A stretch of DNA of 64,000 nt, taken from assembly GCA_028688325.1 (NCBI GenBank), contig JAQTYI010000002.1:161284-225283 (forward strand), written 5' to 3'. A program made the translations under genes and the position numbers. The notes beneath the pieces are model-generated. The model had not been told where the DNA came from and ran no database searches. It saw only the letters and a program-made list of their open reading frames with translations. Numbering within the stretch: position 1 is the first letter of the stretch; each line of letters starts with the position of its first letter. Of the stretch, positions 39,021 to 46,808 are shown in pieces. This stretch comes from Candidatus Portnoybacteria bacterium. Lineage in GTDB: Bacteria; Patescibacteriota; Minisyncoccia; Portnoybacterales; GWB1-42-6.

Positions 39021-39136
39021 CCCTCCCCGCATTTGTTGTATGCCTTCGTGGAAACAGCAAACAAGCATTATCATCTTAATGATAACACTCTCTCTAAAAA
39101 AGATAAATCTGCAATTAAACCGGTCAAAAATAAAAC

Positions 39137-40588
39137 CTATTTTCCCAGATCCAAAATTTCATCGATTTTAATCTGTTTAACAAAATCCGGCACATGGCTC
39201 ACCAATATCATCACGCCTTCGTATTTATCCAGCGCCTGGGCAATCATGGGTAAATGGCGGAAGTTAATATGGTTTGTCGGTTCGTCCAAAATTAACAAGC
39301 CCGGCTCTTGCAAAACAAGCTGGGCAAAAGCCACCAAACCCTTTTGCCCTTCAGATAAGCTTCCCACTTTTGATTTCATCAATTCGCTGTTTATCAAAAA
39401 ACCGGCGGCCGGTGAACGCAGATCGTGGTCGTTGTCGCCCTTCATAACGGAAGAAAGCGACTCATAAACCGTATGCTCGAAATTAAGCGTGGAAAAATCC
39501 TGGCGGTAGTAGCCGATGGAAGTACCGGGCGCGATCTCGATTCCCTTGGCCGTTCCCCGCGCCAGCGATTCCAAAAAAGTGCTTTTGCCGATGCCGTTTG
39601 GCCCGGCCAGCAGCAGATGCTCTTTTTTTCTCATCGAAACGGCGCAGGGGCGCGTCACGAGCTTGTGGTTTTTAAAAGCCGTATACGAAGATATTTTGAC
39701 TATCTCGCCCGACAAGTTCGGCTGGCTCGGAATGACAAAAGGCCGGATAGTTTTATCTTCCCGACGGACATCCACTTTTTCTTCCTCCAGTTCCTCGGCT
39801 TTGTCGCGCATGCGTTTGGCCAAAAGACGCATCCGGCCTCCCTTGTTGGCAAAAAAATTGGCCTTGTCCTTGTTTTCCTGGATTTCTTTGGCCAGTTGCG
39901 CGTTTTTCATCTCTTCTTTTTCTATCCGAACGGCGATCTGGCTCACCGCGTCAAAATAGTCGCCCACATATTGCTCTATCTTATGAGTGAAAACATCCAG
40001 ATACAAAACCCCGCCGGTGAAAGAATTCAAAAAATCGGCGTCATGGGAAATAACGATGCAGGTTTTTTTGTAATCTATCAAAAACCGCGTCAGATGCGCG
40101 ATGCCTTCTTTATCCAAATTGTTGGTCGGCTCATCCAGCAACAGCAGATCCGGGTCTTGGATAAGCGCCGAGGCCAAAAGCAACCGCGCTTGCTGGCCAC
40201 CTGAAAATGATTTGACCGCCTTATCCAGCGGCGCGTGGAGATTCACCACTTTCAAAATTTCCTCTATCCGCAGATCCAGATCATATTTTTTTTCCTTGAA
40301 ACATTCGGCAAAAAATTCCCGCACGGTCAGTTTCATCTGGTCGCGCGCGATAACTTGGCGCGCCAGAGCCACCGCCGGTTTCTGCTCCATATTTATCTGG
40401 CCGCCCTCCGGTTTCTCTTCACCGGTTATTAGATGGAAAAGCGTGCTTTTACCCGAGCCGTTTTGCCCCATCAAGGTAAGCTTCGCTCCGCGCCGCACCG
40501 AAAAAACGACTTCATCCAATATGGGTTTTTGCGGGCCGTAGCCGAAAGACACCTTGTCGAATCTTAATAGCATTCCGTTTTGCGCCAT
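39137..40588 (-). CDS. ABC-F family ATP-binding protein
   Basis: Two ABC domains (GQNGSGKST/FSGGQ/LDEPTN and GPNGIGKST/LSEGQ/LDEPTNH), no TM segments. Confidence 0.92.
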   Translation of the reverse strand: MAQNGMLLRFDKVSFGYGPQKPILDEVVFSVRRGAKLTLMGQNGSGKSTLFHLITGEEKPEGGQINMEQKPAVALARQVIARDQMKLTVREFFAECFKEKKYDLDLRIEEILKVVNLHAPLDKAVKSFSGGQQARLLLASALIQDPDLLLLDEPTNNLDKEGIAHLTRFLIDYKKTCIVISHDADFLNSFTGGVLYLDVFTHKIEQYVGDYFDAVSQIAVRIEKEEMKNAQLAKEIQENKDKANFFANKGGRMRLLAKRMRDKAEELEEEKVDVRREDKTIRPFVIPSQPNLSGEIVKISSYTAFKNHKLVTRPCAVSMRKKEHLLLAGPNGIGKSTFLESLARGTAKGIEIAPGTSIGYYRQDFSTLNFEHTVYESLSSVMKGDNDHDLRSPAAGFLINSELMKSKVGSLSEGQKGLVAFAQLVLQEPGLLILDEPTNHINFRHLPMIAQALDKYEGVMILVSHVPDFVKQIKIDEILDLGK

Positions 40589-40683
40589 AAATATAAAAAT
40601 AAGAGCCCTGGACGGACTCTGTAAACCGATAATTCACTCTACCCTATTTTACGGAAAATAGCTAATCCCGTGCTTATTCCCCG

Positions 40684-41235
40684 CTATTTTGCCTTATATA
40701 TTCCCGCGTGGCCAGGAATTATCCAGTCGGCCGACTCTAAAACAATCTTCCTGCTCTCTTTTAATTTTTCCTTATCCGAAGCATAAATATCTTCCTCGGG
40801 AAGATCCTTTTCCCAAAAAACATCCCCGCAAACAGCGACAACGCCGTCAGCCGTTTTGACTAAAAAAGTTAAGGCATCATAACTGTGCCCCGGCGTTTTT
40901 ATTATTCTGATATTCTCGCTGAATTGCTCCTGATAGTCCCGAACGGTATTTCTATCCCATAACCCATAATATTCCAAGGTTTTTGCTTCCGGAAACATCC
41001 CGATATTTCTGTAATGGTCAATGTGGGAATGGGTTAAAAAAACGGCGGTTATATCACTAATACTCAATCCCCCTTCTTTCAATTTATCAACCAGCATTTT
41101 TTGGTTTTCCAAAACACCCGGGTCAACGACAATCTTATTATCCCCGTCTTTTATCAACGAAATCGTCGCGCAGATTTTTTCTTCCCCCGAGTCCGCTGAT
41201 GTATAACCCTCTATTAAAACTTTGACCTCAACCAT
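40684..41235 (-). CDS. MBL-fold metallo-hydrolase
   Basis: VDPG, THSHIDH, TPGH, GD, IPGH. Confidence 0.9.
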   Translation of the reverse strand: MVEVKVLIEGYTSADSGEEKICATISLIKDGDNKIVVDPGVLENQKMLVDKLKEGGLSISDITAVFLTHSHIDHYRNIGMFPEAKTLEYYGLWDRNTVRDYQEQFSENIRIIKTPGHSYDALTFLVKTADGVVAVCGDVFWEKDLPEEDIYASDKEKLKESRKIVLESADWIIPGHAGIYKAK

Positions 41236-41316
41236 AAAATTTAATTATACCTGATAACTTTTTTATTTTCCTCGAAATGAAGAGCTTTTTTAATACTCAA
41301 ATATTTTTTACTAAAA

Positions 41317-41955
41317 TTATCCTTTTACAAAGGGCACAAAAACGAAACCCGGATACTCAATTTTTTTAAATTCATTACCGTTGATTTTGGTTTCTTCAAT
41401 AAGCGAGTCCCGGCCGGGATAGATCATTTTTCCGCCCACTTTCAATTGCGCCCGCCACGCGGCCGGCACTTCATCCAGTGACGCGGCGGCAATGATTTTG
41501 TCTATGCTTTCCTGCTGGGCCAGGTCCGCCACGCCCAAAGAAGCATCGCCGCATTCGGAAACAATGCGCCCGGCCAGCGCCGGATATTTTTTTATGTTCT
41601 CCCCGCTGAATTCGCAAAGTTCCGGCAAAATTTCGGCGGTGTAAACCTTGCCGGCCGCTCCCGCAAGATGCGCCAGAAGCGTCGCCTGCCAACCAGAGCC
41701 GGAGCCCACATCAAAAATAATGTCCCCTTCCTGCGCGCCCAAATGCTCAAGCATAAATGCCACGGTTGAGGGCTGCGAGATGGTTTGGCCAAAACCGATG
41801 GGCAAGGGCTCGTCAAAATAGGCCGCATTTTTCATTTCTTCCGGCACAAAATCACGCCGGTCAACTGCTTCAAATGCGGCAATAACCCCGGCGGACTTTA
41901 AAGCTCCTTCGTTTTTTAAAAAATCCGTCAATTCTTTTTTTTGCTTCATTTTCAT
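41317..41955 (-). CDS. pcm: Protein-L-isoaspartate O-methyltransferase
   Basis: AY.D.PLPIG.GQTISQP, DVGSGSGWQ, QLK.GG, FVP. Confidence 0.9.
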   Translation of the reverse strand: MKMKQKKELTDFLKNEGALKSAGVIAAFEAVDRRDFVPEEMKNAAYFDEPLPIGFGQTISQPSTVAFMLEHLGAQEGDIIFDVGSGSGWQATLLAHLAGAAGKVYTAEILPELCEFSGENIKKYPALAGRIVSECGDASLGVADLAQQESIDKIIAAASLDEVPAAWRAQLKVGGKMIYPGRDSLIEETKINGNEFKKIEYPGFVFVPFVKG

Positions 41956-42024
41956 TTTTCTGCTCCCAAGCTCTGCGCCTTCGGCGTTTTTATTATTCTG
42001 ACATTAATTTTATTTTTTATTTTG

Positions 42025-42095
42025 TTCCGAGACAGGGATTCGAACCCCGATTAACGGCTTCAAAGGCCGCTGTCCTACCATTAGACGATCTCGGA
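42025..42095 (-). tRNA. tRNA-Gln(TTG)
   Basis: TCCGAGA/TCTCGGA acceptor stem, GCGGC-CTTTGAA-GCCGT anticodon arm, GGTTCGAATCC T-loop. Confidence 0.92.
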
Positions 42096-42176
42096 ATGTT
42101 TCACCGAATATCCCGCCGAAGAGGCGGGAATGACAAGTTTGGCATTTCTGTTTTTTACTCGTCCGCTCTGCCGTTT

Positions 42177-43088
42177 TTACGCCTTCAAATATCTGCGAAT
42201 CGCGATTAAGCTGGAAACGCCGCCCAAAACGATGCCGATGCCGAAAAGCAACAAAATAAATTGCCAAAAATTGGTTTGGTAGAAAAACAGCAGGTCCACT
42301 TCGGGCAAGAAGTTGGTAATCTTGGGCGAAATAAAATAAAGGATGGGGAAAATAACGATAATCGTCGTCATGGCCGAAGCAATGCCATACAGCACCCCCT
42401 CAACCACGAACGGCCCGCGAATAAACCAGTTGTCCGCGCCTACAAAGCGCATCACGGAAATCTCTTCGCGCCAAGTGTACATCGTCAAGCGCACGGTGTT
42501 GAAAGTAACCAACAGCGCCAGCAGCCCCAAAAACAACGAAATGACAAACCCGCCCATCTGAATGTTTCCGGTCAGGCGCGTTAAGCGGCCGATTATGTCT
42601 TTATTTTGTTTATAATTTATCTTATCGATTATTCCTTGGAATCTGTCCTGCGACAAATAATCGGAAATCGCTTCATATTGAGAGGCCTGATTGGCTTTGA
42701 TGTTCAAGCTCGCCTCCAGTGGATTTTGATCCAGCTCCTGCAAGCTCCGCAGTAAAACCTGGTTATTTTTATGCAGTTCCTGGAACCTTTTCAACGCTTC
42801 GCCTTGCGAAACATAGTCCACGCTTTTGACCTCCGGCAAAGCGACCAGTTCCTGGCGCACCGACAAAACTTTCGCCTCTTCCGTATCTTTGTTGAAATAT
42901 ACGCTCACATCCACCCGGTTTTGCAAATTCGCCACCACCGCCTGCGTCATAACATTAAAAAGCGTGAGTCCGGCGATAACAAAAAGCGCCAGAATCATCA
43001 CGGCCACCGTGGCGGCGCTCAGCCAGTAGTTTCTAACGAAACTCTGCCAGCCGGATTTAACGATGCGGAACAGGGTTGTTTTGAACAT
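42177..43088 (-). CDS. ftsX: Cell division permease FtsX
   Basis: Four TM helices with an extracellular domain; NT.RL.....REEI.VM..VGA..WFIRGPF..EG; downstream of ftsE. Confidence 0.93.
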   Translation of the reverse strand: MFKTTLFRIVKSGWQSFVRNYWLSAATVAVMILALFVIAGLTLFNVMTQAVVANLQNRVDVSVYFNKDTEEAKVLSVRQELVALPEVKSVDYVSQGEALKRFQELHKNNQVLLRSLQELDQNPLEASLNIKANQASQYEAISDYLSQDRFQGIIDKINYKQNKDIIGRLTRLTGNIQMGGFVISLFLGLLALLVTFNTVRLTMYTWREEISVMRFVGADNWFIRGPFVVEGVLYGIASAMTTIIVIFPILYFISPKITNFLPEVDLLFFYQTNFWQFILLLFGIGIVLGGVSSLIAIRRYLKA

Positions 43089-43104
43089 AAAAATTAACTT
43101 TTGA

Positions 43105-43256
43105 TTTCTCCGCCCATACGAAAAATTTTGTTATAAATTCGCGATGAGCCAAGCGTCTAAAATTGCCAGTGGGACGAGGGAGCGGAGCGAACCGAGTTGT
43201 CCGCGGCAATTTTAGCGAGGCGAATCCGAATTTATCAAAATTTTATCGTCGGGCGG
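43105..43256. repeat. 152-bp structured element, copy 1 (upstream of ftsX)
   Basis: Identical by eye to 44049-44200; nested inverted repeats. Confidence 0.9.
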
Positions 43257-43305
43257 CGGTTTTTTCCGCCGCTTTTTTGCCGCCAAAAAAGCGGCAAATT
43301 TGATT

Positions 43306-43334
43306 CTGGATCCCGGGTCAAGCCCGGGATGACA
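43306..43334. repeat. TGTCAT-family half element
   Basis: CTGGATCCCGGGTCAAGCCCGGGATGACA. Confidence 0.85.
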
Positions 43335-43349
43335 ATTGGTGTTATTATT

Positions 43350-44027
43350 TTATAATATATACCGTCCATTCGCTTCATCCCTTATCACCCTTCCTTTATC
43401 CAAGGTTATCACGCGCCGGCCCAGGTTATTTATTATTTCGCGGTCGTGCGTGGCCAGAATTATCGTCGTGCCAAGCTCATTTATCTTTTGCAGCAAACGA
43501 ACGATATCCCAGGAATTGAGCAAATCCAGATTTCCCGTGGGCTCATCGGCTAAAATAACGGACGGACGATGAATGAGCGCGCGAGCAATGGCCACGCGTT
43601 GTTTTTCGCCGCCGGAAAGCTGATGCGGAAATTGATTTAATTTATCCACCAATCCCACCAGCTCCAAAAGCTGGGGCACATCCTGTTTTATCTCCTTGTC
43701 CGTGGCGCCAGCCACTTCCATGGCGAAAGCTACATTCTCATAAGCCGTCCTGTCCGAAAGCAAACGAAAATCCTGAAACACCATGCCGATCTTGCGGCGC
43801 AATTTCGGCATATCTTTTTCCTTCACCAAGTGGATATTCTGTTTATCTAAAAAAAGTTTGCCTTTGCTCGGCTTTTCTTCGCCGATAAGCAATTTAAGCA
43901 AGGTTGATTTACCCGCGCCAGACGGCCCGGCCAAAGAAACGAATTCTTTGGCTTTAATCGTCAAATCGATGTTATTTAACGCAGTGCAGCCGTCGTAAAT
44001 TTTGGAGATTTTTTGGAAAACTATCAT
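43350..44027 (-). CDS. ftsE: Cell division ATP-binding protein FtsE
   Basis: GPSGAGKST, LRR.IG.VFQDFRLL, LSGGEKQRVAIARA, ADEPTGNLD. Confidence 0.95.
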   Translation of the reverse strand: MIVFQKISKIYDGCTALNNIDLTIKAKEFVSLAGPSGAGKSTLLKLLIGEEKPSKGKLFLDKQNIHLVKEKDMPKLRRKIGMVFQDFRLLSDRTAYENVAFAMEVAGATDKEIKQDVPQLLELVGLVDKLNQFPHQLSGGEKQRVAIARALIHRPSVILADEPTGNLDLLNSWDIVRLLQKINELGTTIILATHDREIINNLGRRVITLDKGRVIRDEANGRYIL

Positions 44028-44048
44028 GTATATCTAATTATACCTCAT

Positions 44049-44200
44049 TTTCTCCGCCCATACGAAAAATTTTGTTATAAATTCGCGATGAGCCAAGCGT
44101 CTAAAATTGCCAGTGGGACGAGGGAGCGGAGCGAACCGAGTTGTCCGCGGCAATTTTAGCGAGGCGAATCCGAATTTATCAAAATTTTATCGTCGGGCGG
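44049..44200. repeat. 152-bp structured element, copy 2 (upstream of ftsE)
   Basis: See 43105-43256. Confidence 0.9.
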
Positions 44201-44245
44201 GAACTCTTTTGCTACTTTTCTGATTACAGAAAAGTAGATGAATAT

Positions 44246-45353
44246 TTATTTTAATCTAATCTCTGAATCTATAAATTCATCTAATTTCCCATCCAGCACT
44301 TCATCCGGCTCCTTTGATTCTACGCCCGTGCGCAGGTCTTTGACAAGTTTATAGGGATGCAAAACATAATTTCGTATCTGGCCGCCCCACTCCGCCGTGC
44401 CTTCCCCGCTTTGAATGCCCGAACGCAAGCCCGCAATTTCCTTCTCTTTCTTTTGGATTTCCAGCAGATACAGCTTACTCACCAGAATTTTCATCGCCTG
44501 CTCTTTGTTGGCGCTTTGCGAGCGCTCGCTTTGGGCCGCCACGGCAATGCCGGTGGGAATATGCGTTATGCGCACCGCGGTTTCCACCTTGTTCACATTC
44601 TGCCCACCCGGGCCCGAAGAGCGAAAAGTGTCTATTCGCAACTCTTCCGGTTTTATCTGCACATCGGCCGCGCCTTCCATTTCCGGCATCACCTCAACCA
44701 GCGCGAAAGAGGTATGGCGCAAATTGTTAGCGTTGAACGGCGATAAGCGCACCAGCCGGTGCACACCGCTCTCGTTTTTTAAAAATCCGTAGGCATACGG
44801 GGCGCGAAATTCCAGTGTGGCATTTTTTATGCCCGCTTCTTGGCCTTCGTGGATATGCAAAGTTTTGACATTGAACCCGGCGCGTTCGCCGTATCGCTGA
44901 TACATCCTTAGCAGCATCTGCGCCCAGTCCTGCGCTTCTGTTCCGCCCGCGCCACTATAAATAGACAATATCGCGTTGTTTCTGGCGTACGGAAAAGCGA
45001 AAAAAGTTTTTTTCTCTTCCTGCGCGACAATTTTTTCCAGATCCCCAAATTCTTTGGCCAGTTTTTTGGTTTTTGTTTCGTCTTCTTCGCCCTGATATTC
45101 CGCCACTTCCATTGCCAGCAATTGTGCGGCAGTTTCGATTTCTTCCCACTTGGCGTGATTTTCTTTAAGCTCCGCCAATTCCTGGCTTAACTTACCCGCC
45201 CGCTCGTGATCCTGCCAAAAATTGACATCTTCCATCTGCTTTTCTATTCCCGCAATCTTGTGTTTTTGCGCGACCAAGTCAAAGGCAGTCCTTGATCTTT
45301 TGGATCCGGTCGGTTAATGCCTCCAATTGTTTTTTGAAATTGATGGTTTCCAT
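44246..45353 (-). CDS. prfB: Peptide chain release factor 2 with programmed +1 frameshift
   Basis: METINF...KDCL then CTT TGA C slippery site (about 45278-45284); downstream frame has SPF and GGQ motifs. Confidence 0.95.
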
Positions 45354-45430
45354 AATTTTAAAAAATATGCCCTGAGCAAGTGAAGCGAGTCGAAGGGCTA
45401 TCTTCTGCTTCACCCCGTCAAATTTTACGC

Positions 45431-45644
45431 GGAGCCGATGGTCGGAATTGAACCGTGGCTGAAGTTTATCCCGCACCTTTTGGAGCCGAGGAGAGGATTT
45501 GAACCTCCAGCCTACGGTTTACGATACCGTTGCTCTACCGTTGAGCTACCTCGGCATCAAAAGGTGCGGGACGAGCGAAGCGTTTGCCTTATTACTGCTT
45601 GTCCCGTGGTCGCCGCAGGCGACTTTACGGGAAGCTACTCCGGC
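45431..45644 (-). pseudogene. Decayed tRNA-like shell enclosing the intact tRNA-Thr
   Basis: 5' GCCGGAGTAGCT and 3' CGGTTCAATTCCGACCATCGGCTCC ends, separated by palindromic inserts. Confidence 0.45.
45481..45555 (-). tRNA. tRNA-Thr(CGT)
   Basis: GCCGAGG/CCTCGGC acceptor stem, ACGGT-ATCGTAA-ACCGT anticodon arm (unusual A32), GGTTCAAATCC, encoded CCA. Confidence 0.9.
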
Positions 45645-45741
45645 TCCGGCGGGGTAAAATATTGCCCATTTTTCTCCCTCACTTTATCATTTTTTACAAA
45701 AAAAGAAAAGGGCCAAAGAGCCCCTTTTTTAACTATTCTTA

Positions 45742-45815
45742 AGCGGGCGAAGGGAGTCGACCTCGGCTCTCATCGCCCCGCAATTGCGGACTCCTCGGCC
45801 TGGCCACCGCCTCGC
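45742..45815 (-). pseudogene. Degenerate tRNA-Gly-like remnant
   Basis: 3' end TCGACTCCCTTCGCCCGCT resembles TCGATTCCCTTCACCCGCT of the adjacent tRNA-Gly; interior replaced by CCGCAATTGCGG palindrome. Confidence 0.45.
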
Positions 45816-45896
45816 AATTTTATCTGTTGATAAAATTTCTCCGGCGTTCAATTCCCCGCGCGAGCCAAGCAGTTGGCTCGCGCCTATTTATATATC

Positions 45897-45970
45897 TGGA
45901 GCGGGTGAAGGGAATCGAACCCTCGTCTCAACCTTGGGAAGGTCGCGTTCTGCCATTGAACCACACCCGC
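45897..45970 (-). tRNA. tRNA-Gly(CCC)
   Basis: GCGGGTG/CACCCGC acceptor stem, CGACC-TTCCCAA-GGTTG, GGTTCGATTCC, encoded CCA. Confidence 0.93.
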
Positions 45971-46018
45971 AAAATTTAACAGGGTGAAAAACAAATATAA
46001 TGCAGGAAAAGACATCCT

Positions 46019-46060
46019 TTATAAATACTACAGTATACTAGTATACTGTAGTATTTATAA
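46019..46060. repeat. Perfect 42-bp palindrome with no loop
   Basis: TTATAAATACTACAGTATACT|AGTATACTGTAGTATTTATAA. Confidence 0.9.
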
Positions 46061-46075
46061 GCCCTGCGTGCATCT

Positions 46076-46486
46076 TCATCGTTTAAATAAAAATTTCCAC
46101 CATTTCACCGGATTATTGTTCTTGGCCGGTTCGCTGGGTTGCGGTGTTTGATTGGAATTATTTTGCTCAGCAGCACCCGGCTGGTCGGCTGAAACATCAG
46201 GCACAATGACTACACTCTCCCCTTCTTTTTTCAAATTCAGCTTGTCTTTGGCCTCTTTTTCCAAATACGCCTGGCTGTTAAAATAACTTAGCAATTGGTC
46301 CAGTTCCTGCCCCTTTTTATCCATCTTGTCTATCTCGGCTTTAAGCGCGCCAATTTCCTGGTCCATCTGGCGCCTTTTATAAAACGCTTTGACCAGAACT
46401 AAGCTCAGCCAAGTAAAAGCCAGCAGCAGCAAAAAAAGAAAGGCCCGGGAAGTGAGAAGTTTTTTTAGCTTGTTTTCTGGCATCAA
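46076..46486 (-). CDS. Septum formation initiator (FtsB/DivIC family)
   Basis: TM plus coiled coil; YLEKEAK.KLNL.KEGE.V; NP.KWW..LF tail. Confidence 0.85.
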   Translation of the reverse strand: MMPENKLKKLLTSRAFLFLLLLAFTWLSLVLVKAFYKRRQMDQEIGALKAEIDKMDKKGQELDQLLSYFNSQAYLEKEAKDKLNLKKEGESVVIVPDVSADQPGAAEQNNSNQTPQPSEPAKNNNPVKWWKFLFKR

Positions 46487-46503
46487 TTTGCTAAAATGAA
46501 TAT

Positions 46504-46608
46504 ATGGATTTCACGCGCCGCTCAAAAGGAGCCAAACTTTTCTTAATTATTGCCACGGCTATCGTGGTCTTCAGCATGCTCGCCTTCACCCTGGCGCCGC
46601 TGTTTTAA
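46504..46608 (+). CDS. Small single-TM protein (34 aa), not in the ORF track
   Basis: MDFTRRSKGAKLFLIIATAIVVFSMLAFTLAPLF; followed by CCGCC-ATTG-GGCGG and a T-tract terminator. Confidence 0.55.
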   Translation: MDFTRRSKGAKLFLIIATAIVVFSMLAFTLAPLF

Positions 46609-46696
46609 ATAATAACAGAGCTGAACGATTTTTCAAATCCGCCATTGGGCGGTTTTTTTATTTCTCGCGCATACGAAAAATAACAATTAAATTTAT

Positions 46697-46793
46697 TGTC
46701 ATCCCGAACGCAGTGAGGGATCTCTCGCGTATGCGAGATTGTTGCGCGGGTCGCTTCGCTCCCGCGAGATCCCTCGTTTCACTCAGGATGACA
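46697..46793. repeat. TGTCAT-family full element (GAGGGATCT subtype)
   Basis: TGTCATCCCGAACGCAGTGAGGGATCTC...GAGATCCCTCGTTTCACTCAGGATGACA; similar to 51149-51211. Confidence 0.85.
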
Positions 46794-46808
46794 TTATTTT
46801 CAATAATG

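Noticed and set aside
39137-40588. Antibiotic-resistance ABC-F call
   Set aside because: Subfamily cannot be assigned from motifs alone.
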